From Octopus bimaculoides (lineage: Eukaryota): a DNA stretch of 62,705 bases. This document shows, piece after piece, positions 1 to 12,617 of the stretch. The translations under genes and the position numbers were made by a program. The stretch lies in assembly GCF_001194135.2 (NCBI RefSeq), contig NC_068990.1, forward strand, positions 9,804,140-9,866,844. Direction: 5' to 3'. Position 1 is the first letter of the stretch; each line of letters starts with the position of its first letter. The notes under the pieces are model-generated. The model had not been told where the DNA came from and did not search any database. It saw nothing but the letters and a program-made list of their open reading frames with translations.

Positions 1-154
1 TAAGTGATGATGATTGATGATGATTGATGATGATTGATGGTGATGATGATGATTGATGGTGGTGGTGGTGATGATGATGATGATGGTGATGACGATGATG
101 ATCATAATAATAATGATGATGATGATGATCATAATAATGATGATGATGACGATC

Positions 155-207
<53 letters not shown>

Positions 208-230
208 TAATAATTAATAATTAATAATAT
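1..230. repeat. Compound trinucleotide microsatellite (GAT/TGA/GGT grading into (TAA)n)
   Basis: Direct reading: TGATGAT/GGT runs followed by a long AAT run. Confidence 0.95.
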
Positions 231-420
231 AAGTACGAAATTGCACGGCTATGGAGATTGAAGGATATGAAGAAAGTGCCAATTCATGTTGGGTTTTGAG
301 GACAGTATCGGACGGGATCAAGAGGACTACACAGGAACTCGGAATAGAATGAACATAGCGAGCAGTTAAACCAACTAAAAGATGGCTACATGGAATAAAT
401 AAGAGCCTTGAGGAATCAGG
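231..420 (+). mobile_element. Decayed 3' fragment of an R4/Dong-like non-LTR retrotransposon (restriction-like endonuclease C-terminus)
   Basis: Translates KYEIARLWRLKDMKKVPIHVG then, after a frameshift, VLRTVSDGIKRTTQELGI. This parallels the 'EIARLW..KVIPVVIGALG.V' tail of RLE-type LINEs and the copy at ~21650-21760. Starts directly after (TAA)n. Confidence 0.7.
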
Positions 421-2669
421 TACAGCTTTTTATGATCCAAACCACTCGTCTAGATGAGGAACAGTTGTTTTAATGTCTCTGTAATTCATTCTTAATGATC
501 TTCAACGTTTTCCAGCCAATCTCCCTGGGCGACCTCCTTTCAGCTCCGTAAAATTATGACTTCAACTAGAGGCATTGCCTTGAAAGTTCTCTTCGTCGTC
601 AGATGCTGGTATTAATAAGGAATCCATTTAATTTGTAATTGCTTTAGCTGTAGCTCTTACGTTTCTTCGACAAAACCAACAGTAGCAGCATAAATTGTTT
701 TCATGCCACGAGATAAATATTTTTGTTACTATCTCTCATTTAGTAAGCTACTCTTTTTACTTCTGTTTTTACCACCTTCTAGACAGAAACCTTACTACCA
801 CGATGCACCATCCATAAATCATAATATTCTCATCGTATAGAATTAGAATAGTATAATCCAATGTAAACAATTATACAACTCATACGATATAATATACCTA
901 CCTGAAAAAAAGTATTTATAACGCACCATATACGAAATACAATCTTCGCCTAAATAAGGAACAGTACTCGTACAATACAAAATCTTCACAACTAAGAGAG
1001 AAATAACTAAAATGGTAACAGAATGAATATAACAAACTCTATAGCAACTCAAATCCTATGCAGCATCCACACAAACACAGTTTTATACATGAACAGAAAG
1101 CAAAATGTCACGTATTGCAGGAAAACAAAATGTGCACCTAGTGATGCCGTATAAAATGGAAAGGGATTTTGAATGCTTGATAACATTATAAATTGTTTCT
1201 AATATACGCACATGTCCATAAATGTGTCGGGAGGAACTTAACCTATTAATCAGCAACAGTATTTGACTAGCGCTTGATTTTCTCGAAACCAAAGGAAAGA
1301 ACGTCAGAGCTGCTGATGAGTTCTTTTCAGTGATTTTTCAAGTTGGGACGTAGGAAGTCGTTGCTAAATGCCGTTGGGCATTTTGTACGGCGCTGTAACG
1401 ACTATAAAGTATATCAATACTATAAAGGATATACACGAATTACTAAACGTTATTTCCCTATAGTATACTTATCATTGTTATTTATTATGTAACAGCCTAA
1501 ACAGTTTGTTATATCACTTAGTGATAATTCAAATACCGACTGTATCACATCGTGTCTTTTTTCATCGAAGCTGCATCAGTGCAGCATATTAACTATTGAA
1601 ATATAAGTTGCCCACACAAGTAAAACATAACATTCATCTTTGTAACAGCAAATCATTTTAACCAGGATAACGGAATCTTGTCAGTAATAAAAAATAAATG
1701 AAACACAAAATAAAATATGACTAATAAATGGAAACAACAACGGTGTTATATATTTTCCATGAATTAGCATTGATGACAGGTCGATAATTAAGTTATAAAT
1801 TATAATCTAGAGATATATAAGAGAGTCTGTGTTAGTGGACATTGACAAATTGAAGCAGCGGTCAAATTATACGGGATAGCTGACGCTAGCAACAGTTTTA
1901 TGTATGAACCTCTGAAATTTTATATTGCATTGACAAGAACGATTCTTTCCTTTTTCTAATTGCTATTAAATATTTTTCTTAGTTGGATTGCTTGGTAAGT
2001 GCCTAGAATGCAAATCGTGTGTTGAAACCGAATTATATGGTGCAAGTGTTATGATAACATTTTGAAACACCCACGTCTGGTTATATTTACATATTTTATT
2101 TCCGTGACATTATGCAATACTATTGCAAAATAAAGAAAAGGGAAATACAAATGTGCTTTAAACGGTGTAGATTATTCACCTTCCACACAAACTGTTGTGT
2201 ACATTATTCTTTGGAAAATGAATCCTTTAGAGAGTGAAAGATCAATATTTGTACAACTGACTATCTCGAAGAGACTAACTTTACGGATTGTTGCAGAAGG
2301 TAAAATTGAGATAACCATATTATCAGTTTGACTAATGTCAGGTTAGGCTTCGACAGCGTACTCTCATAAATTATGAGCATCTCAATAAATCTTTATGTAG
2401 CATATTCTTTTATTTTTTTCATTTGTCTCTGCCATTCACTTTAGTATTAATGGGCGAACGCCTTCAAAAGTGTAGCCAATGAATTTAGACAAATTATTTC
2501 AGTTCGTATTTACAGTATGTATTTCTTTTGACGAATCTTTGGGCCATGATTTCATAGGCAATCCAATACTATTTGTTTAGACTTGAGAGGCAATATATAG
2601 ATCACTCAAATGCACACATAGTTGTAGATGTATACATGCACACACAAAAAAACACCTATAAGGGTCGGC

Positions 2670-3860
2670 TATAAGGGTCGGTTAAAATGTTTATAGATTG
2701 ACCAATAGAATATAAGAAAAATTATATTCATACTTCAACATAGTCCCGCTTGCGGTCCACACACTTCTTCTACCTCTGTTTCAATACTTGCATCCTATTG
2801 GTCAAGAAGCTTCCATCCTGTTTGTTAAGAAAAGTCATCGATAGCAGATATGACATCTTAATTGCTTGGCTGGTTCCTGGCAAATTGTTATTATTTTTTT
2901 TTACATCGTAACGAAAATATGATAGGCAGATTGAAACAAATCAGAAGAATAGGGAAGTTGATTAACCAGTTCAAAGCCACACTCACGCACAACAGCTATT
3001 GAAAGTAAAGACGTCTGTGCTGGAATATCGTCGTGATGAAACAAGATCATTTTCGTCAGTTTTCCTGGGCGTTTTGTCTTGATAGCCATTTGTAAACGGC
3101 TCAACAAGTTGTCACCATACACACAATTGATAGTGTAGCCGATTTGGAGATAGGCAACAAACACAATGCCTCCTGCATCCACAAAAACATCTACAGATGA
3201 AATGACCTTGACCTTTTTGCAACTGGTGAGGACAGATGTTTCCATTTCATGGACTGTCTTCTTGTATGGCTTAAATTGATGAACTCAACAATCATCCTGG
3301 CTTAGGAATCAATTACAGAGTCTCCCGAGAGGTGGTCAGCCCGATGCCCTTCCGATCCGGAGTCAGAAAATGGGGCAGCCACCAAGCAGAAATCCTCGTA
3401 AAGCCAAGCTCTTTGTGTATAATATTGGCAATTCTCTCAAGGCATATGCTAATAGGATTGTGTATCTGATGTATAGGCAATCGAGTGTCATCTATCTACA
3501 TGTGATGAACGCGATCAATGTATTCCACTGTGTTGGCATTTGCAGGACACCCAGACATTGGGTTATCTTCAAGACTCTTCCTTCCATTCCTAGATTAAGC
3601 TGCCTACTTTTGTACTGTTGATAAATCTGGAGTGACATTATCAAATGCAAGAACCATGCCAGCAAGAATTTCATTAGGGGTAAATCCTTTTTTCTGCAGG
3701 AAATCAATTCTTTTTCATTCTCAAGAGAAGTCACTAATACATACTTTTGAAGTCTTCTTTGAGCAGTCCGATGTCAATTTCCGTGGACAGAAACAATGTT
3801 TTTAATAAATGTCAAAACTTTATCCATGCGTGATTTCACAGTTGTAGGCTCAGCTCGTCA
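2670..3860 (-). mobile_element. Decayed mariner (Tc1/mariner, DD34D) element, near full length
   Basis: ORF 2901-3245 reads ...VDVFVDAGGIVFVAYLQIGYTIN...KTKRPGKLTKMILFHHDDIPA...RECGFELVNQLPYSSDL, matching mariner 'VFWD..G', 'HQDNAP' and 'HPPYSPDL'. The C-terminal KKCVDRKRDYVE lies near 2735-2775 and frameshifted HTH-region remnants extend to ~3720. TIR-like TATAAGGGTCGGTTAAAATGTTTATAGATTGACC at 2670; no matching right TIR seen. Confidence 0.9.
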
Positions 3861-4870
3861 TAGTGTGACTACGAAATTTTCTGCCAACAAAACTTGTCTG
3901 TGCATGAATGTATAGCTAAGCATATACACGCGCAAAACACTTGTTTCGGGACGGGGCTATAGCACAGGTCACTTGCCGAAGATTCCACGTGGTGGGAGTG
4001 AAACCTTAACCACACCATTTTGACTACTTCTATTGGAAAATTAATAATGCAATATGAGGAGATATTTTGCTGGAACATAATCCATTTCAGACTGCTTGTT
4101 GGAATAAAATCCATGAATGTGATTTGTATAGCTCATCGTCTTTATTGTTTTCTTTTATCAATTAGATGAAACACATAAGGCTTCAGGACTAAATCGTAAA
4201 TATGTGATTAGCTTCAATCAGTTTTCTAGTTTTTAGGTACATTGTGTCTATAAGCTCGTTTTCTTTCTGTAACAGCTTTTTCAATGACAGCCTAGCTGGG
4301 AGTTGCTCAAGATAAGAAACACGGAACTCTGGTACTAAAGCAAGCTATTTCTAGAAACAAAATTCAGTAAAATAAACACACATAACTCCAGCTTAGTACG
4401 ATGTCACAATTTAAGAGTAACTGTTTATTGACTTATATAATACTAATATTCTCCTACGCACATTTCGTTGGTAATCATCAAAGCCATTTTCCATTAAAGC
4501 AGAGACATGGAATTATATTCGATGAATGCCACATTCGAATTATTTCAATAAACTTTACTGTGAAACTTGACCGCATGCACCCCTGAATAAAGGGTAATCA
4601 CGATATACATTTGATTAAAGAAAATTCCTTTGATTATTATATGTGCAGAATTTTGTACAAAAGAAGAACTTTTGTAAAGAAAGACTGTCACAAACGCTGC
4701 TGAAAGTTAAATCCAATTTACTCGTCTAATTGCGCAAGATCGCTGTATTGTGCTCTTTGTTAGAAATGTAAGATACGGAATCTGGTTACTGGGAGTTCAT
4801 ATATACACACTATAAACACGCGCACACACACACGTACAAACCCGGCCACACGTCTATATATATGCATAGC

Positions 4871-5054
4871 TTTTACCTTTTCTCTTTTAATTTTTCACTC
4901 ATTAGACTGCGGCCATGCTGAATCGACTGCAACACTTTTCCTCTTAAGTTTGGTACTCATTCCATCGAATTCTTTTTTGAAACTACTAGCTTAGGACGAC
5001 GTGAACACACCAACACCGGTTGGAAAGAGGTGTTGCGGACAAAGACACACACAC
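4871..5054 (+). mobile_element. Dispersed SINE-like repeat (family 2, 'GACTGCGGCCATGCTG...', CA-tailed)
   Basis: Shares CATTAGACTGCGGCCATGCTG with the related 33809-33926 copy and ends in ACACACCAACACCGGTTG...GACACACACAC. Family identity is recalled, not searched. Confidence 0.65.
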
Positions 5055-5076
5055 TTGGATATATATNNNNNNNNNN

Positions 5077-5142
<66 letters not shown>

Positions 5143-5152
<10 letters not shown>

Positions 5153-5470
5153 TCTAAATCTCCCTAATGGAGACTACGGCACCAGTACTGGGTACTAATA
5201 ATTATTGCGAAGCTAACATGGCAGTCCTTATCAACGTAGTGTAGCCGAACCCAGCAGGGGGGAGCTCATGACCTCCCCTGTTTGAATGTTCTAATGGACA
5301 CAGGTTTGTGTGTTACATAGCTATTAATAGCCAGAGGCGATGGCCTATTGGTGCTAATTAACAACAGCATTCTTCCTCTTTTTCTGGACTGCCGTCTTAT
5401 CTTCGCAATTACTATTGATACTCAATACTGCACCCGTAGTCTCCTTTAGGCAGATTTAGAAATAATAATA
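5143..5470. mobile_element. MITE-like palindromic element with ~80 bp terminal inverted repeats
   Basis: The left arm TTTCTAAATCTCCCTAATGGAGACTACGG...TTGCGAAGCTAACATGGCAGTCC (5151-5227) is the imperfect reverse complement of GGACTGCCGTCTTATCTTCGCAA...CCGTAGTCTCCTTTAGGCAGATTTAGAAA (5386-5462). Confidence 0.7.
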
Positions 5471-5614
5471 TTTTTATTCTTGAAAACCAGTTGATGTGTT
5501 CCACTGAATATATATAAACACACCTTCGAACAGACAGTCACCAGCGACACTTGCTGGGTTCGACTACTCCACGTTGATAAGCGGCAAATACCCTGAGACT
5601 GGTCTGTGGATGTT

Positions 5615-5776
5615 GAACCAGCAGTGGGGAACTGATGACCTCCCCTGTTTGAAGGTGGTAATGGACACAGGTTTGTGTATCTCACAGCTAGCTAGAAGCG
5701 ATTGTCACTTGGAGCTAATCAATGGCAGCAGTTGTCCTATTTTTCTGGTCTGCCATGTTAGCTCGGCAATAATTAT
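5615..5776. repeat. Diverged direct partial copy of the core plus right arm of the 5143-5470 element
   Basis: GAACCAGCAGTGGGGAACTGATGACCTCCCCTGTTTGAAGGTGGTAATGGACACAGGTTTGTGT aligns with 5247-5312, and ...TTTTCTGGTCTGCCATGTTAGCTCGGCAAT aligns with 5380-5409. Confidence 0.8.
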
Positions 5777-5916
5777 ATACATATAGTTTTGCATAAAATG
5801 ACTTCGTTAGAAATTCATTTTGCTCAACATGACATCGCTCAAAATGAATGGTACCCGAAATCTCATTTGGTTCTTCCTTCTCGTAGATTGATGTGAATGT
5901 ACAATAGGAGGTATTG

Positions 5917-6121
5917 CTTTCTGATATTAGCACAAGACCAGCATCGATTGGCGTAAATCGATAATATTGACCTCAGTGATCAACAGGCACTTTTTTTATT
6001 AACGTTGAAAGAATGGAAGGCAAAGTCGGTCGAAACGGAATTTGAATTCAGAACGTAAAGACGGACGAAATAATGGTAAGTATGTTGTCAAGCGTCCTGA
6101 TGATTCTACCAGTTCGCCATC
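5917..6121 (-). mobile_element. tRNA-headed SINE (family 1), decayed
   Basis: Reverse complement aligns to the 14904-15320 copies (GGAATTTGAATTCAGAACGTAAAGAC, ...CCAGTTCGCC). Confidence 0.8.
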
Positions 6122-7624
6122 ATAACCGTAGGAAATATTACACTCTCAGTTTCACTGCTGGACTGAATTAACATTTTAAATCTAGTGAATTTCGGTTTTG
6201 AAGTTCACAGAAAAGAGGTTTTAACTTACTTTTCTCTAAATATGGATCCTAGTAACACTATTTCGGTAAAAATATTCTCACACTTAAAAATGCCATTTTA
6301 TAGGAAATTGCAACATCTCTACACAAGCTGAATCACTACTTCCTAAATTGCGGAGTGTGGATGTAATAGAGAGGAAGTCTTACTTTAGGCAAATGGACTT
6401 GGTCACATATATATTGAATGGGGTGGGGTATTAATAATACAACTACAGAAGTGATTGTACCGAATTATTTAACGAACATTATATCCACGCATATTCTTGA
6501 CATTGGATAGTACACCTTAAAAGATCTACATTTCTTTAAAAAAATTAGGTCCTGCACTGCCCACCCACTGTACACTTTAAAAACAATGGTAATTTAATCA
6601 ACAACTATGTTCAGCAAGAATGTTATGAACAATCACTCGCACTCACACATGCACACATATACACACACAAACACACACACATACACACACTATGCGCACG
6701 CGCGCACACACGCAGAAATATATATCAGGTATCGATTAATCTTGATAATTTAATCATCAGAAGACTACAATAATAACAAAATTGCTTACGAATAAGGATT
6801 ATGAGAGAACATTTTGCCTAAGAAAAATATCAATTTAAGAAATATATAAAGATAAATATTTTTGGGCAGCAATCGATCAATAATGTTGAAACTAAAAATA
6901 TTTGTGCACAATCGATGCAAACTAAAGCCAAAATAGAAGATTATACTCCGTTTAGTAACAGTGAATACAAAGTAAAAATATTCAAAAAAGATAACAGAAT
7001 TCAAGAAAATTAAACAGACACGCATCTGTTGTCTTTAGCAGAGGCAATTCATAAATCATTGTACCATAACAAAGCTATCTCGAAGAAGAGGTCAAATATG
7101 ATCTACGATTATCTTAGATCGTTTTTGCGAAATCGGCGGATTTATTCATTTTGAAAAATGCCGAGCTGCTCCATTTTCTGAAATGAATATATCATTCTTG
7201 TGATAATTCAATATTGGAAATTCACTGCTATTTTATTAATTTTGCATATTATGTAACAGACTTTTCTTTTACAATTTCAATTCTATTTTAAGATTATGTT
7301 AGTTTAACAAATGGTTTAATGCTATGGACATTGATAATCCTTTATCGTATTAAAAGTGAAATATATTCAGACAGATGGAACATCTCTATATCATTTTAAT
7401 ATCATTAAATGAGATTTGTTTTCTGAAAACTTTCACTGATAAAGGTTAAACTGTCCGTAAATAAATCCTATCATCGTTTCGGCATCTTCATATCTATGAC
7501 TTTGAATACAAACAGACAAACATGTTCGCAAGTGTGTATGTTAAAGATACGTACATATAAATACAGCACAAAACATACAGAGTCCCAAACAGACATAAGA
7601 TACTCAAATATAAAAATACATGGT

Positions 7625-7627
<3 letters not shown>

Positions 7628-7662
<35 letters not shown>

Positions 7663-7793
7663 NNNNNNNNNNNNNNNNNNNNNNNNNNNNNNNNNNNNNN
7701 NNNNNNNNNNNNNNNNNNNNNNNNNNNNNNNNNNNNNNNNNNNNNNNNNNNNNNNNNNNNNNNNNNNNNNNNNNNNNNNNNNNNNNNNNNNNN

Positions 7794-7870
<77 letters not shown>
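7628..7870. repeat. (CA)n and (GA)n microsatellites flanking an assembly gap (7663-7793)
   Basis: Direct reading. Confidence 0.95.
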
Positions 7871-10524
7871 AATTTAAAAAATAAGGTTGAAAAATTGAAT
7901 ATTAATTTGATTAATGTCAATTTAAATCCAATGGTCTAGCATACTGAAAAATCTGATGATTCAGAAAACCTATATTACATACATATAAGAGGGATGACCA
8001 CCGGTTGTCTGACCACTAAGAAAAGATTGTTCTCAAGAAAATTCAGCAAACGCCAGAACGCTATAACGTGTTATATTAATATCTTGCCATGGTCTTCACT
8101 GGACGCTGCAGCCATGTTAGGATATATAATGCGTAAGATTCGATTTAAGTGATACAACCTATCCCACACGAGTTCCTTCTTAAAAAGGAACTGTGAACAA
8201 TGTATCTCCCCAGAAACCTATATATACCACCTCAAGCTCTCAGAGCATACTTTATTCTGGTCTATATATTATGGTTGGACCACACACGGCGCTAACCTAC
8301 GAGTTTGTAAAGTGCATCGCTGAGAATCGCCCTTAGTATTATGCCAAAAGAATTCATTTTATATAATATATTCTTTGGTGTAATCTTTCTGGCAGAGAAA
8401 TTGTTTCACCATTGGTCATTATGTAAAATCATTATAATTTCTCTTGATCATGACTAAATTTGTTTGGACATTATGTAAATATCTAAATATAATCATAATT
8501 TGTGTTCGTAGCTAAAAGTCATTCTTCACAACGATGTTTTCTTCTACTTACGCTCCCTCACCACAAACCTTATTTCTCCCATGCCTAATTGCCTAGACCT
8601 CTGCCATACCTATTTGCCTAGACTTTGCCATGACCTCTGGCACTCTAAATAATTTCATTGTCTATGACCCACTAGTTTGACTATTCTCGAAATAAGGCCC
8701 TACATTTTCGGCAGGCATTCCTGTAAAATTATTTTCTTTTTCTCTGCTTTATATCATCTCTTGATGGGGCGCTCTTCTTTCTCTTATCTTGTCTCTTATC
8801 TACCCCTTCTATCTTACAATATACATCTGCTTCCTCTCATCCTTTATCCTTTATACATTTAAGTACAACATAACATCTCGCTTTTGTAAATATTCTCCTG
8901 AAATTAGTAGCGGGACGTACTGTAATGAATTCATCTGGACGGGTCACCGGTTGCATACCTAAGACATTATGCACATATCACCTGTAAATATTGGTTATAA
9001 CGTAACTCTTGGTTGTGCATATATGAATAAACCCTAACTGTATCTATTTACACGACCATGTGTAAATATGTGTATATTTCTATGTATGTATGTATGTATG
9101 TATCTATTTACACATACACACACACATACACACACACACACATAACATATGTATATATATATATATATNNNNNNNNNNAAGCAAAATATAGTTGCCTACA
9201 TACAACAGTGAAGTGTTCTGAATACTACTTTAAAATCAACAGTTATGTAAAATTTGGTAAATTTACTGCTTCATAAACAATATTGCTAGTCGCTATGTGG
9301 ATCAGATGAAGAAGAAACATGAAATAGCTGTAGTTTCAGAACCATATATTAAAACATGATCTATAAAGTGTGAGATCGATACAATTTTAAAACTAAACAT
9401 ATTGTACTTGACTCTACATATATCTCGTCATGTCTTTACTGAATTGCTAATCGTTTTCAAATCTTTAAATGAAGCCTAAATTACATAACGCTAACACGCA
9501 ATGCCTTCAAAAATAACCGAAAAAAAATCATTTTTTCTTAGAACTGTAAATATCTCTGCCTGCTATATTCGAAGAAATATATCATAAGGAAAGAATGCAT
9601 TTATTTCTTGTATAAAATTGTCCATAATTCATTGATACTAACATAAGAATTAATACTAATGGATTTTATATTAAATATATATATATATATACGCCAGTTC
9701 ACAGAATTGTTGTCTCAGGAAAACACGTTGTGGTATTTTTAATGAACTGCATTCTGTATTCAAATGCAAAGGATATCAAATTTATCTTTCGTTGTTTTCG
9801 ATAGAAATGTGCTGTTGTCGAGCTAATAAACGGAATTATCAGGATAATTTGCAATCAATTGGTGTGAGTCCGTAAATACTATGTCCCACCCAAGAATGGA
9901 GCTCTGATTACAGACGGAGTGACTACCTGATACACAAGAGTCTTACGGGTATATTATTGATTTCGTACACTATAAAACTATCGGCATAAAATCCACTCAA
10001 CTTTTTTCACGCTCCATAAATAGCAGATCCAGACAGGTATGTGATATGACAAAAGTAAATAGAAAGAGTTATTGGATGTTGGCAGCATGTTGTAGAGTAT
10101 CGTTTTGTTGTGTATAACAAGATATAAAAGCTAGCAAGTTGACAGTGATATTTCTAATTTATACGGCAATATGTATTCCTTTATCACACAAATGCGAAGA
10201 ACTTTGTCAATGTCAATTTAAAGTTTCAAGGGCAGGATAAGAAGATATATTTCGTATGTAACTGCTAAAAAGCAATATGCTAAAACGTAGAAATATGTAG
10301 CATTTCCATACCAAACATTTACATAGCATAAATATTTTGTGTATAAAGAGCATTGTAAGACGTTATGCACTAGAGTGCAATGCAGCTCATGAAATATGTA
10401 TGCCAAAGCAAAATATATAGATCCGCCAAAATCAGTTTATATGTCATACAGGTGAAATGAAAGACACTATTTTTTATTCGCTACTTAGCAGAAAACATCT
10501 TGTGCCATAGTTTTCTTTCTCCTC

Positions 10525-10600
10525 AAATGTATGTAACTAATATAAATGTATGTAACTAATATAAATGTATGTCATTAATATAAATGTATGTATCTAATAT
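10525..10600. repeat. Minisatellite, 4 x 19 bp (AAATGTATGTAACTAATAT)
   Basis: Units start at 10525, 10544, 10563 and 10582; the first two are identical and the last two vary in the middle. Confidence 0.9.
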
Positions 10601-12560
10601 ATACCTGTATATCTTTAAAGCTGAATTCACACTTAGATCACACTTAAACTTCCACTCGCTGTTTAGACTCGTTATAGGCTAGCGTTACATTTCACATTAC
10701 CTGTAATAAAATAAATAATAGGGCGTATATACGTTCATCGTTAATCAACTACATATTTCTGAAACATTTTGTGACTTTGTGAGAATGTGGAAGACAGGAT
10801 ATAACAATATTTCTTGAAAGACAGTTCATTCGCTGATCTACATGTTGAAAGATAGATAATTTATCACTTTCTATTATCAGAAATATCAACATTCTTCATT
10901 GCTCCCTAGAATATGTATCTCATCTTACATTACTCCCACACGAAAGAGAGTTCACAATTATAATATAACAAACAACTTTTTCAGTGGACAGCGTTATAAT
11001 TACCTGTTTGTTTGAGAATTCCCAGGAGTGCCTAATTTCAGCAAACTGATTTCAACATTTGTGATCTCAACGTTTTGCAAGAATACAGTGATGTGTATGT
11101 AACATGAGAGGTTGCACCCTCAACTCAGCTAACAATTCGATATATTTCGACTATCTGCAATGTTCTCAGTTCATAGTCCACGTGAAAATTCATATAAAAG
11201 GGCGGATAGAGATTTTACGCAAAAATGCATACTCTGTTATACAGATGTCATAAAATACGTTTAAATGATATATCATCGGTCTCTAATGGAATATTACATT
11301 ACAGTCACACTGGTACGCGTGTAAAGGAAGAAAATATTAGCTGATATATCGTTACATAGCGTTAAATGTATATAAGTGTACATAAATCTAAAACCACATT
11401 GGTCTATGGAGCATTGCGAGGAACTATATATGTAGGCTTCAAAACATAGAATAATTATTGCAAAATAGATATAATTTGCTTATAGAGGAAATACCAACAT
11501 TATGAACTGATTCATAAATATATTTAATGAAAGTAAATAGTCTCAAGAGTATAACATATTTATTGGCTTACTATAAAGATTATCATTCTTTCTTGGAAAA
11601 CGAAGCTATCTATTTTCTTAAGGTATTTCATTAAACATATATAATTTAATCAAACTCAAATCATTCTACATGTTCTACATGTTCTACATGTCTTTACCAT
11701 TATACATTATATCATTAATTAAAACCCGTTAGATTTAATTAATGATAAAATTCAAAATACTCTATGGAAAAATGTCGGTGGTACTATATAACACATCAGA
11801 CATTACCATTTTAAGTTCTAACTATTTACCTGATGTAACATTAGCCTGTAAATATTTAAATAAATACTACCACTGTTTCCGCACCAATCCTGCTTTCAAC
11901 GTCAATTCAGGCAAAAGCTGGAAGTGAAGATTTACGTCATATTTGCGGTGTGCAAACATTATGGTGGCACTTCTTCAGTGACACCATAATGTTTACACAA
12001 ATATGTGCTCTTACGTTTACATAAATGTGCGTTCTTACCTTTTGCGTCTGTCAGACTTTGTGCTTTGTTTATATCGGGAGTATACAAAAAGTGAAGATGA
12101 AAATGTAAGTAGACTGGGAATAGATGCACAAGGCGGGCATAGTGTCGATACTAATGTAAATACAAGTATGACCAGAGGAGGAATAAGCAGTACATGAGCA
12201 AAACACAGAGCCTGTTAGACGCACATTATAAGAGCGCCGCATGGATGCAAGCCTGAAGAAGTGCCACTCAATGTTTAAAACCGAAAACATATAAACTTTC
12301 AATCGAAACTTTCACGTGAATTAACATTGAAATCATAGTTGGTACATAAACATTGTAACAGATAATTACATATATGTTAAAGTATGTCGTTGGTTTCTTA
12401 TTTGGATTGTATTTCACTATTTTCAGAACGCACACAATGGTTTACTGTTGTGTAACCAGGATTTTCTACACTTGTTTGAAGAACATCTATATCAATCCAA
12501 CAGTATAGACAGCTTAAGGCTCGGATTGAGTGGTGTATTGGAAATGCCCAACCTTTCTAA

Positions 12561-12617
<57 letters not shown>

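Noticed and set aside
500-1400. Protein-looking snippets (YMNRKQNVTYCRKTKCA; LETKGKNVRAADEFFSVIFQVG)
   Set aside because: Short, on inconsistent frames and strands, and not assignable to a family by eye; possibly an ancient TE but unsupported.
8584-8633. Two imperfect ~25-bp tandem units (CCTAATTGCCTAGAC...)
   Set aside because: Ordinary local slippage duplication with no further structure; the same applies to 11684-11711, 31197-31250 and 55473-55513.
8921-9052. TGTAA...TTACA segment with AATAAA, resembling a solo LTR
   Set aside because: Only ~130 bp, flanks do not form a TSD, and there is no second copy or internal retroviral sequence.
10525-10600. Repeats resembling a CRISPR array
   Set aside because: Contiguous 19-bp units without spacers, eukaryotic context and no cas genes; it is a minisatellite.
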